This document shows positions 14,301 to 25,827 of a stretch of 64,000 nucleotides of DNA, in pieces (within the stretch, counting starts at the first letter, position 1; each line of letters starts with the position of its first letter). The translations under genes were made by a program, and so were the position numbers. The stretch covers positions 12,080,213-12,144,212 of the forward strand of contig OZ234493.1 of NCBI GenBank assembly GCA_965153455.1, in the 5' to 3' direction. This stretch comes from Sphagnum compactum. Taxonomy: Eukaryota. Below the pieces are notes generated by a model, which was not told where the DNA came from, did no database searches, and saw only the letters and a list, made by a program, of their open reading frames with translations.

Positions 14301-15013
14301 AGAATAGTTTAAATATGTGTACATATTACAAAAAAAGTAAGTAATAATAAGGTGGGGAAAGAAGTTGTTCTTCACGTAATATTCCTAAACAATTCTTTAC
14401 TTGATGTATGTAATATAAAATATTAACTCTTAGTGTCCACCCTAGGTGATGAGAACAACCAATCGATGCTTTGGAATAGGCCTTTAACCGAGCTTGTTAT
14501 CACCCAATGGAATAATGACTTGCCCTATTGGGCTTGTTGCATTCCTAAGTGGAATGAGGCCATTCCATAATACAACTCAGATTTAATAGAGTTTATTTCA
14601 CAATTTTCAAAGCTAAGGTGTGAAAGATATTGATTTTTGAGTGGATTTTGTTGCTACAAATTCAAACAAATTGCAAAAATTGGGTTTGAAAGGAAAAATC
14701 AGTTGAGCCGTCAATTATGTGTTCACATTGCTGAAGAATTTAGAAATTTTCATTTATGAAAATGTGAAAAATAAGGAATGTGTTCACACTTGGGACAACG
14801 ACAAAAGCTAAACTAGTACCAAATGATATTGGAATTTTGGTAGTGGCTTGTTGTAAGTTCCAATTGCACTTGTTTCATTAATTTTTGTCTTTCCTCACCT
14901 TGCAACCAAGCACCTCCCTCAAATGACAATATGTAAAATAATGCATGTTTTTCAAGAACAACCCAACACACATGACCTTCACACCCAATGAATTTGAATC
15001 ATAAACATCTTGA

Positions 15014-15652
15014 AGTTTGAATTTGGCAAATGGCATTTGGGTACTATTATGGGTTTGTAGTTTGAATTTGGCAAATGGCATTTGGTACTATCATGAGTTT
15101 TTTGTAGTTTGAATTTGGCAAATGGCATTTGGGTACTATCATGGGTTTATAGTTTGAATTTGGCAAATGGCATTTGGGTACTATCATGGGTTTGTAGTTT
15201 GAATTTGGCAAATGGCATTTGGGTACTATTATGGGTTTGTAGTTTGAATTTGGCAAATGGCATTTGGTACTATCATGAGTTTTTTGTAGTTTGAATTTGG
15301 CAAATGGCATTTGGGTACTATCATGGGTTTGTAGTTTGAATTTGGCAAATGGCATTTGGGTACTATTATGGGTTTATAGTTTGAATTTGGCAAATGGCAT
15401 TTGGTACTACCATGAGTTTTTTGTAGTTTGAATTTGGCAAATGGCATTTGGGTACTACCATGGGTTTGTAGTTTGAATTTGGCAAATGGCATTTGGGTAC
15501 TATCATGGGTAAGTTTGTAGTTTGAATTTGGCAAATGGCATTTGGGTACTATTATGGGTTTGTAGTTTGAATTTGGCAAATGGCATTTGGGTACTATCAT
15601 GGGTTTGTAGTTTGAATTAGGCAAATGGCATTTGGGCATTATCATGGGTTTG
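15014..15652. repeat. Minisatellite, 45-bp unit (variants 47 and 49 bp), 14 copies
   Basis: The GAATTTGGCAAATGGCATTT core starts at 15019, 15064, 15111, 15156, 15201, 15246, 15293, 15338, 15383, 15430, 15475, 15524, 15569 and 15614. Confidence 0.98.
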
Positions 15653-16712
15653 TGATAGAGGCAAGAAATTTATTTTTTTTAAATAGTAGGTTTTTTGGGC
15701 CAAGAACTTATGATAGTCTCTTTTAAGACTTGAGGAGCAAATAATAAATAGGTAGTCTTCAAGATGAGTGAGATTCCCAAGGAGTAGGCTTTTAGGAAGA
15801 GAAGATGGTGATGATGCCTTACCCCAAGGGGTCAAGCAGCACAAATTGAGGGGGCTGTCCAAAACAGACCCTTCTCCCTTTTTACTCACAAAAATACAAG
15901 TGTAAATGATTAGGATTCAAGCTCCAAATTTGGGCCAAAAGAATCTGACATTTATGAAGCAAAATCAATCCACTTTTGGACTTTTCTCTTGATTTATATT
16001 CCTAAGCTTAGCACTTACTTTTTTTATGCACTAGTGAGACTTTGAAAATTTTAGAAATGAAGACCTATCAAAGGGGATCAAAATAACAACCAATGACATA
16101 AAACACTTCCAACGGTTACACAAAGCATATCTAATAAGGAGATGGGTGGGAAGAAATTCGAAGGAGCATCTAGCTTAGAAGAGGTCGTCTTCCAAGAAAC
16201 AATTGCTCATCTCAATATGGTAACAACTTGAATTCTTTGTAGAGCCATTAACACTCTTGACCTACAAAATGGACGTCACCTCAATAGAGGGAATTGTTAG
16301 AAACCTTGGTTGACCATGCCATGTTAATACATCAATGAAAATTTTCCTTATTATAGTTATGAATATCCCTCCAAGAAAAAAGGAATGATATTACATATTA
16401 AGAGTGCCAAGACTTTGCATCTACTTACTTGTAAGCATAATATCCCTCTTTCATTATAAACTATAGACGATTAGGTTTAAAAACCTTCCCCATCCTATGC
16501 CTTGTGATCTACATATGTTTAGTGTAAGCTAACCCCCAAAGGACGGGGCATTCTCCAAGCAAGTGCTCAACTTAGGTGGATTGGCGAGTGAGCCATGGGG
16601 AATCTATTTCAAGAACACCTTGCTTCAAGGGCATTTCCATGCATAAATCATTGGCAGAATTTTATTTTATTTTTATTTATTTCCATGATACCTATTGAGC
16701 ATCACAACCTTG

Positions 16713-17331
16713 TCCAAAACAAGGTTGAACAAAACCAAGCTATCCATAGTCTATTCCTTTGATCATGACATTAAAGCTTTCTCCAAAACAATCTTGAATG
16801 AAACTACACTTTCCATAGTCTATTCCTATAATCATGAAATCAAATCTTGCTCCAAAACAATCTTGAACAAAACCAAGCTTTCCATAGTCTATTCCTATGA
16901 TCATGACATTAAAGCTTTCTCCAAAACAATCTTGAACGAAACCAACCTTTCCATAGTCGATTCCTATGATCATGACATTAAAGCTTTCTCCCAAAACAAT
17001 CTTGAAGGAAACCACACTTTCCATAGTCTATTCCTATGATCATGACATTAAAGCTTTCTCCGAAACAATCTTGAATGAAACCACACTTTCCATAGTCTAT
17101 TCCTTCGATCATGACATTAAAGCTTTCTCCGAAACAATCTTGAATGAAACCACACTTTCCATAGTCTATTCCTCTATGATCATGACGTTGAAGCTTTCTC
17201 CGAAACAATCTTGAATGAAACCACACTTTCCATAGTCTATTCCTATGATCATGACACTAAAGCTTTCTCCAAAACAATCTTAAATGAAACCACACTTTCC
17301 ATAGTCTATTCCTCTATGATCATGACATTAA
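16713..17331. repeat. Minisatellite, 69-bp unit, 9 copies
   Basis: CCATAGTC recurs at 16744, 16813, 16882, 16951, 17021, 17090, 17159, 17230 and 17299. Confidence 0.97.
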
Positions 17332-18577
17332 CACCTGAACCAATATACTTCACATTTGACTGGGAACTGCCAAAATCATAGATCAAATAACCAAGAACTA
17401 AGAACCAGGAAAAGTTCTCATCCAGAGTAACTGGAACACGAACCTCCTTATTCACATGTCCGAAACCAGAACCAGAACCAAAAGCAATTCCAATTTATTT
17501 TACAAAACTGGAACCAAAGATTCCTCTCAAACGAAAGAACAATGGTATAGCACTATGCACAAACTCAACAACCCTACCTTGCATGACAATCTACTTCTTT
17601 CCACAACTATTTAACATTGGTTTATCTAAATCTATATCACATCTCCATCCATTACCTCCCGATGGTTATTTTTCAAACAAACACAGCCTCAAAAGATTTA
17701 GCACCCAACAATGCACAACCTCATCCATAACGCATTCCCCAAGAAAAGATTGCACTAGGCCCTTGGGTGTGTCCTAGGGCATAAGGAAAAAGTTGGAATG
17801 GCTTTAGTCAAAGTGTATATGTACATGTATACATATACATACACACATCAAAAGGCAACTTTGATTGCACGCTACTCTAAACAGTGAAATGGGCCTACAA
17901 ACTACATTCAAAAGGAGTCAATTTCCACCCATACAAGGAACCATACACACAAGCTACTCACAAGCTTCTGTTTTTTTCTATCCTTGGTTTGGTTAGTGGG
18001 GTTCATGCACATCTAACATCAAACAAGATATGTTACCAAATATTTTGTGGGTAGGATTGTTTAGAAATGCCAGCAAAACCCAGTAATCAATTGTCTTGTC
18101 CAACCAAACGCACTTTGGGTTGATTGATATGACAAATGACTTTTCATACAGGAGCCATATTCTAAGAGATAGAATACTAAAGTGAAAATTGACCATTGGC
18201 AACACAACCAATAGCTTCACTTTTGCACCACCTCCAGATTTGGGTTCAAGTGCTATTGGACATCTCAGAACCAGCCCCTCCAAATCTGTTCACACATATG
18301 ATCATATTCTAGTACTATCCACAAAATCACACTTGTGTTTTTCAAGAGTGTTGAAATCACTGAACTGACAACCTCAAAATCCATGTAACAGCGAAAGGTA
18401 AGTGTCATCATCCTCACTGAGAAATAATCACTATGCACCCCATTTAACATATTTCTCTTGGTCCCACTGGAATGACCTTGCGAGCTCTATAAAAGGGGGT
18501 TTTGAGGCTATGGCCGGGTTAATACGAGTTGGTCAAAATTGGAAAAGACAGTTCAGACCTTGTCGTTGATACCTGAA

Positions 18578-21199
18578 TTATAATTCCCCTTCTGCCCTGC
18601 AAAACATAAGGAGAAAACACCCAAAACCATGTGTCAATGTCCAAACTAAGTCAGCAGATCCACAAGATGACATGAATGTGTGTTGATATCACATTATGCA
18701 ATGGGAACTCAAACCACATTTGGATCATTTGTCTTGAGGCCTGTTGAAATTCCCGATCATGTTATGCTGCAGAAACTCAAACCACATTCAAATCATATGT
18801 CTTAAGAGGAAGGTCTTGCATACCGAAGATCTTCTACTGTTGACTGTAGCTTCTTTGAATCTGCTCCACTGAACTTGGATACAACTTTTCCTCCTCTATG
18901 AAAGAGGAAGGTTGGCTGATATGCACAACAATGAAAAGAAACCACAACCTTAGACCGGTTCCCCACTTGCAGCAGTACCCTTCATTAGCTGAAATCCAAG
19001 TACAGATGAAATAAGCTCTATTCAAGTTCTTACAGGCAAGGCATACAGCTACTACATAAACCACACCAAATGTGAGGAGGCAGAGACAATATACCACAGC
19101 ACTGATACCAGCAGCATCAACTGTCTTTTGCAGCTCGGGCTGAAACAAAGAACAAACTGCAATGTCTTATTCCAGAAGTTTGAAGATGGTTTAAATTTCT
19201 CAAAAATACATTTGCAGATGACTCCTTGTCTCTCATCTTGTACAAGAAGCTGTACATAATGTCACAGGTGTTTCAAATAATCTTTTCTTGAGCTAGAGTT
19301 TGATAGATGTATGTATCCAATATGAGTAGAAACCCAACTCTGAAGATCCTTGCCCTTAACTCAAAATTGAGAAGCAACCCATGGCAATGTTTTTTGAGAT
19401 AAGGAAATCAGCCAAGAAGATTCGTACCTCATCTAAATCAACTTTCAAAAACCTGACATCATTGTACTGACCACTCAGTCTGTCCACTTCTGGCGATATA
19501 TGCCTGCCTGATGTAAACCAAAAACTCAATACATGAGTTGTCAATCACCCATAAGTTTCTCATTTCCAGAACTCACAGACAACCTCATCAACTGCTTTCC
19601 AGACAGGATTTTGACTGTATGCTGTGAAATTAGAAACCCCTTTCCTAAAACCTCGAGAAAGAAACAGGTCAGCAACAGTTCAGAAACTTAACCAAAAATG
19701 GGAAACAAAAGGAGGCAGAGCTCAGATTGATTCAAGATGTAGGGTGAAAGAGAAAACAAAAACATAATGGCCACAACTTTGAAGGACATTGCACAAGGAG
19801 ACAGTCATGGGCATCAACCTTGAAGGACAATGTTGAACAATGAGACAGTAATGACCACAATTTTCAAGGAAATGAAACAAGGAGACAGTCATGGGCAACA
19901 ACCTTGCAGGACATTGTTGAACAAGAAGACAGTCATGGACGAAAACCTTGGAGGACATCGTTGAACAAGGAGACAGTCATGGTGACAACCTTCAAGGGCA
20001 TTTGAACAAGCAAGACAGTCATGGGTGACAACCTTGAAGGACATTGAACAAGGGAGACAGTCAGTACAGCGAGCTATGCCTAAAGCTTCCAGCGACTGTT
20101 CTAGTGCCACATAACAGTTCCATGATACCATGGGGAACAAGGGGTGAAGAAGAAGAAGACATACAAGGACCACACCACTTGGCCGTGAAGTATGTCACTG
20201 CGAGCTTCTTGTCATCTGCACAAACCCAGCATCAGTTGATAGAAAGAAAACTTCTTTACATTCAAGGTTGGTTGTTGAAAGCCCTAAATCTCTGACCCTA
20301 AATCTCTGGACTATTGATTCGGGTTGTCCATCAAAACTGCGATGTGTGTCAAAAAGCTTGCATCTGACACACCTTGCAGTAAAAAACAAGATGAAGAAGA
20401 ATAAGAAGATTGATGTCCCTGAAAACATCAGTAGGGGAAATCATTTCACAGCTCCGGATCAAAACCCTAAAATCGCTGACACAGAATTCCTTCTTCACTG
20501 ATCCAAAAACCAAATCCTGTTTTTTGTTGAAGAATGTGAAGAAAAAACAACCATCATCATCATGGTGCTTTCACAAATTGTTGCACAGCAAACCAACAGC
20601 CCTCTACAGCAGCCCCCATTGAGAGGTTTGTAAGTAAGGAAGTACCTTTCGCCTCCTTTAGCAAGGTGTCATACTGCAAGGACGAGTTGACTGCCACAAC
20701 TCCAGTAGATTGTGCTGCAATCTCCCAACAAACAAATTCAGCAGCCATACACACACAGAGACAGACACCTTCGCATGCACGCTCTCGTCTTCTTCATGAT
20801 CTCCTTCTCCTTCTCCTTCAAGACAAGGGAAGATGAAGACGAAGATAATCTTCTTGAGAAGAGAAGAAGAAGATCATCATCATCATTCTCATCTTCTTCT
20901 TCTTCTCCTTCTGCTTTACATGCAAGAGGTATTGGATTTATGTACGTACCTGCTTCTGCTGCAAAGAATCGGCTGGAATGCCAAGAAGGAGTCCTGTTGC
21001 TTGCTGAGAAACCGCGGAACAGAAGAATCCCGGAATCTGAAGAAGAAGCAGGAGGGGACGACGACGACGACGACGAGGGGAGCGGGGAAGATGTAGCTAC
21101 TGCACGAACGGTTGCAGCCATCCCCGAGCCACGAGTGAGAGAAATAAGTCCAGAAGGACGGCGCAGGATGTGCAGAGCTCCTCTTCTGGCAGCAGCCAT
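18578..21199 (-). CDS. TRXo: Thioredoxin o-type (mitochondrial-targeted), 7 exons, 201 aa
   Basis: Exons 21199-20950, 20714-20646, 20215-20165, 19507-19428, 19139-19095, 18915-18824 and 18596-18578, all GT-AG and frame-compatible (606 nt). Mature part reads ...KKLAVTYFTAKWCGPCRHISPEVDRLSGQYNDVRFLKVDLDEPELQKTVDAAGISAVPTFLFHRGGKVVSKFSGADSKKLQSTVEDLRAEGEL. The ~85-aa N-terminus is R/S/A-rich and acid-poor, like a mitochondrial presequence; YFTAxWCGPCRxISP is typical of plant Trx o. The last exon is less certain (read-through stop at 18802). Confidence 0.92.
19765..20062. repeat. Degenerate minisatellite (~41-44-bp unit, ~7 copies) in TRXo intron 3
   Basis: GACAGT core recurs near 19800, 19844, 19885, 19928, 19972, 20014 and 20056; unit AACAAGGAGACAGTCATGGGCAACAACCTTGAAGGACATTGTTG. 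Confidence 0.9.
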
Positions 21200-21761
21200 A
21201 TCTTCTTCTACTCGGCGGAAGGAAAAGCTTCGCGCGAAATCTGGACAAAAACGCAGATTCTTCTCTTGTATGACTCCGCACTGACAAGCGGCTTGAAGAA
21301 CGAACACACCTAAGTCATGAGAGACGGAGAGATTGCAGTCGAAGCTTGAAAGAAGAGGTGCATACGAAAGATCTCTTGACGACCTCCACGCCGATAGCAG
21401 CAGCGATTTCTTTCGATCGTTCTCTCTCCTCCCTCCTAAAGCACGCTCTTCGCGCATGCAGTCGAACGGGCACCGCGATCTAATGGTGCAGTGCAGAGGA
21501 GGAGCATCATCGCGCTTGGACGATCGACCCGATTGCGGACGAAGAAGACGTTGCCGGACAGACATCGATCGTCGGTCGTGTGTTTGTGCGCGCGCGCGCG
21601 CTTGTTGGCTCGCTTTCTTTTTCCCGTGGACTGGGAAGCCAGCCTCCAGGTTCTTCCCCCCGCTCCTGGCAATACCAGATACGCTCTTTCTGTTGCAGCG
21701 GAAGCTCGCTCTGGTTTTATGACATCGGCCACGACAAGAAGAGAGCGAGCGAGCGAAAGAG

Positions 21762-21794
<33 letters not shown>

Positions 21795-21838
21795 TCGGAG
21801 CAACCGCAGCAGCTGCAGATTTCTCGTACTGGTATGGT
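21200..21838. promoter_or_regulatory. GC-rich bidirectional promoter and 5' UTR region between TRXo and the F-box gene
   Basis: 639 nt between divergent ATGs; a CpG-rich island in an AT-rich window, with (CG)n at ~21587-21601 and (GA)n at ~21767-21793. Confidence 0.7.
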
Positions 21839-23138
21839 ATGGCAGCTGAAAGAAGGAGAGGAGGAGGAGGTGCAGCAGACACAAGAACTCGGGACGGATT
21901 GCAGCAGCAGGAGGAGGAGCAACGGTGCGTGGCGTTGCAATTGCCTCGTGACATGAGCAGACGCATCTTCTCGCAACTGGATTGCCGTGACCTCATGCAT
22001 TGCTCCCTTGTTTGCAAGTAAGTCTCTCTGTGTGTTGTTGCTCTTCTTCTTCTTCTTCTTCTTCTTCTTCGGCCTCCAAAATCCCTCGCCTCAAAACAAG
22101 AGTACAACAAGCAGGAAGTAAGCAGGAAAACAGAACAAGCTTTTGTCTCTCGCTTTGTAGCAGTCACGTCTGATGGTATTGCTTCCATGGCCATGTTTGG
22201 GAATTTCCTTCATCTCTTGTTGGAGGCTGGAGCCTGACAGTGTTTTGTTGTTTTTTCCCATGAATATATATATGCAATCTGCATGCACAACTTCTTCATC
22301 TTCTTCTCCAAAGATAGATAGAGAAATTCATGCCTGCCTGCCTGCCTGCCTGCCTGCCTGCCACTTCTGGTTTGATTGATTGCTTGCTGATACTGCCACT
22401 GCTGAGTTTTGAACCATCTGGCACATACATTTGGTCAGGGTTTTACAGAGCTTTGTGAACACTTTTTTGTGGGCAAAATGCTTTACAAAGTTTCTCAGAT
22501 TGTCGGATTTTGGAGTAAGCTTGATCTCCCCATCCGTCCATCATCTTGAGAGAGAAGCAAAGTCCTGTGAATTCACTATAGATATACAGACTATCCATTT
22601 ACAGCCTTGCTGATCCACCCTTCTGACAGATAATACAGCTTCTTGTGCTTGGTTGTACACACAAGAATGATAGTTTCACATGTATAGTACATGTGATCTC
22701 ATGTGATCTGAAGAAGAGTGACAAATGTCTGCAGAAATGAATCAAGAAAAAAATGCAGTTCCAACCGACCACAGTGTAATTGGAATTGTGTGTAGACTTG
22801 CATGAATGAAATCCTTGAGCCCTGTTTGTATGACTGATTGACTGACTGACATCTCCATTTGAAAACAAGCTGGTGAAAGAACAGGAGCGCAGCTGACTCT
22901 CTCTTGAGAAACAGTATTGTTGTGTGGATGGATTACATAATGGGGTGTTACATCCTGCGGGTTGGATTTTTTTTTTTGGTGTGTGGGAAGGCAATGGTGC
23001 AATGAGTCTGCAGAACTGAGAGAGGGATGGCGAGAAGAATGTTGGGCCGAGAAAAGTGTGCGAGGTCTCTTAGTGAATCGAGACAACAAGCGTGCACGTC
23101 CCCTCTACGATGCATACCTTGCTGGGAGTCCAGACTAA
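21839..23138 (+). CDS. Small F-box protein, 2 exons, 108 aa
   Basis: Exon 1 21839-22017 (donor AA|GTAAGT); exon 2 22991-23138 (acceptor after a poly-T tract, GAAG|G). The join gives the F-box LQLPRDMSRRIFSQLDCRDLMHCSLVCKQW, then CNESAELREGWREECWAEKSVRGLLVNRDNKRARPLYDAYLAGSPD*. An in-frame upstream ATG at 21719 is an alternative start. Confidence 0.85.
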
Positions 23139-25735
23139 GTCATACCAAGTTGCTGCTAGACCTAAAGCTGCTTCACTCATGTGCTATCCAGGCAAAAGAT
23201 GCTGGGAAACTCCAAACCCTTTGTTTTGTTGAAGATCTTAGTATCAGCTGGGACAGCCAAAAAAACAGGGAAACAAAAAAAAACAAAGAAAGCCTGATGT
23301 AGACGTTTGACCTAGATTTGGATCAACTGCCTACAACCTGTTTCATGTGCAGACATGCTGAGGCATTTGTATCTGGACACCCTCATGGTTGGTTGCTTGA
23401 TTGGTTCACACCCTATTCACCAGTTGGGTTGCAACAGTTGCTGTGAGTACCATGCTGCAGTAGCAGTAACTGCAAATGGCTGTGAAGGGCACCATCGATA
23501 GGAGAGGATCACCAAAGTCCTTGTTATAGATGGGAAGTTGGAATGAAGTTAGATGGTGGCATTACTGTCACCAAGTAGTAGTGTTTCACCCTCAAAAGCG
23601 CTTCTCTTGATCAGTGGGACTGAAATGGAATACCTGGATGGCTGTCGTTGGCATTCCAGGGCATTTGATGAAACTTGGGGGTGAAGGTGCTTTGTCTCTG
23701 AACACTATGATCCCGCAATGGTAAGGACCAAATTGGTCTTATTTTATGGACATTATGTTGACCACACTGTACATTCTTGTGATGTGAATGAAACAAATGC
23801 TAATCAGCATATCAGTCTGTTGTGTTGTATCCTCTGTAAGAGATGATTTTATTGTCTGTAAGCTCCTCAATTACATGTTGCAGAATGACTGACAAACTGT
23901 TAAGTTGTGGTTTTGCGCAGATAGAACTGTGACAAGAAGAAGATTGGAACCTATTTTCTGTTGGTCAAATGTTAAACTCTTTTCTTGGTGTTCATCCAGG
24001 GTGCAATTTTTAGTATAGATTCTGAAAGGCAACCATGTCCACATATGTTATACAAATCTGCCTGCAAAAACTTTGACTTGGGTCTTTTGTCGATGCTGCT
24101 TTAGTACAGAGAAGCATGCAGGCAAATGACGCTCCCACATTTAGTCTGATTCTGGAATCTGTCTTGGTAATTTTGTTAAATATTTATGCAACTAAGGATG
24201 TGATTCTGTGCACAGGTGCAAAGGATAAATTAAGTGAGCACCCATGCTTGCAAATTTCAAAGCTTTATTCAACTATTTAAACTATCATGTGATGAAATCT
24301 TCGATTTCTTTGTCGTATTAGGTGTGGCAAGAGTTTAGTTCTCATGGGTTGAGATCCCAGTTCAGTTGGTTCTGAAAATTGCTGGACTTTTAACAGTGAG
24401 GTCCAAGAATGAATGGAATAAACAGAAGCCAAGGAGAAGGGGAGACAAGATGCGCAAACACATATTGTGGTCTGCAGGAGGAGTTTTGCAATCATCCAAC
24501 TCCTCTCCAATTTTATGGCGGGGTAAGCTTTTATCCCCACATGTATCAGCCGTTTTTGCTTTTTGTCTTCGCCCAAACATATCCCACCTCCACTTAACAT
24601 TTCATATAGTTGTTAATTTTTTTGCACTTGTGAACAAATGTTCACTTTCTTTTTTTCCCTTCGCTTGGGTGAAGTGCTAACAATAACTAGTGGAATTTTT
24701 CATTTATTTATCACCTATTTTTTTTCAGTTTTCGAATGGTTTTACTCTATAGTTATATGTTTGTCAAAATAATTTGATATCAAGTTTTGTAGTCATAAAC
24801 TTTTTCCAAGTAAATATAGGGTTTTGTCACTCTCTAAGTTTCTTTTAGTTATGTTGTTAGTATAATAGGCCTTCAAGTTGGAAAAAAGATTGTAATATTT
24901 TTGTTCTTTGATTTATATGAAAATGTTTAGAGAATGTGGCTTTTGAAAGAAAGATCAAAAACATGTATTGAACTTTTGACAACGATCCAAAAGATGATAC
25001 AAACTTGACTACCTTCATTGTAACTAGTATGGCCTATGCCGTTGGCCCAAGCGTGAACCCATTACTAAATAGGGAAACTCAACATGTGAACATCGTTTTG
25101 CAATGTATGTATCAATTTTTTGAACACCCAAATATGAGAGGAATTCATGCTTGAATTGAATGATAAGCTTCAAGTGTTACCACGTCAACACCAAAGGCAC
25201 AGTCCAATTCCTTCGAAATTTTCAGCTACGATTTAATTTAGTTTTCAGTGAAGAAACCATTCCATATTCAAAGAACTTTTGCACCGCAAGTCCAAACGCT
25301 CATGGAACCAATCCCATGCACCCCTCCTCGTTGAGAGCTTTCCAAAGACACCAAGAACATGATCTGAGGCATCCCGGTTTGGTGGATCTCATAACTACAA
25401 AACAAAACCAAAAAAAACTACCTTCCTTCATAGATAGATAGATGTATTAGATAATGAAAGTTTTACCATTATCAACAATCAATTTCTCGTTTCCATTTGT
25501 GAAGTAAGACAATGGAAACCCTTGAAAACTTGAAAACCTTGAAACCTTGATTTTCCATTTGAGTGGAAAACTTTGGAGTGTGTCCGAAATCATCAAAAGA
25601 AATAGAGAAAGATGATGCAACATATACAATTTCACCATTCACCCTTCTCAACATTCATCCCTCCAAAACTTCTTGTCTCCTGAGATCTTACCTTAAACAT
25701 AACACTCGTTTCAAAAAAGTGAACTTCATTTCAAG

Positions 25736-25827
25736 TCAAGAATCATGGTCCTCTACCGTCGATTATTTTATCGCATTTTTATTTCAAGAATCATGGTCCT
25801 CTACCATTGATCGTTTTATCGCATTTT
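25736..25827. repeat. 48-bp tandem duplication
   Basis: TCAAGAATCATGGTCCTCTACC...TTTTATCGCATTTT at 25736 and 25784. Confidence 0.9.

Noticed and set aside
16130-16640. Possible LINE reverse-transcriptase remnant (also ~42050-42750)
   Set aside because: Only vague motif resemblance; no diagnostic RT motif could be read.
15014-17331. CRISPR-like arrays or repeat-protein ORFs in the two minisatellites
   Set aside because: Units are contiguous with no unique spacers, there are no cas genes, the context is eukaryotic, and unit-length variants break the reading frames.
20738-22194. Long ORFs of 420, 252, 190 and 176 aa around the promoter
   Set aside because: Products of GC-rich, microsatellite-containing sequence; only the parts matching TRXo exon 1 and F-box exon 1 are supported.
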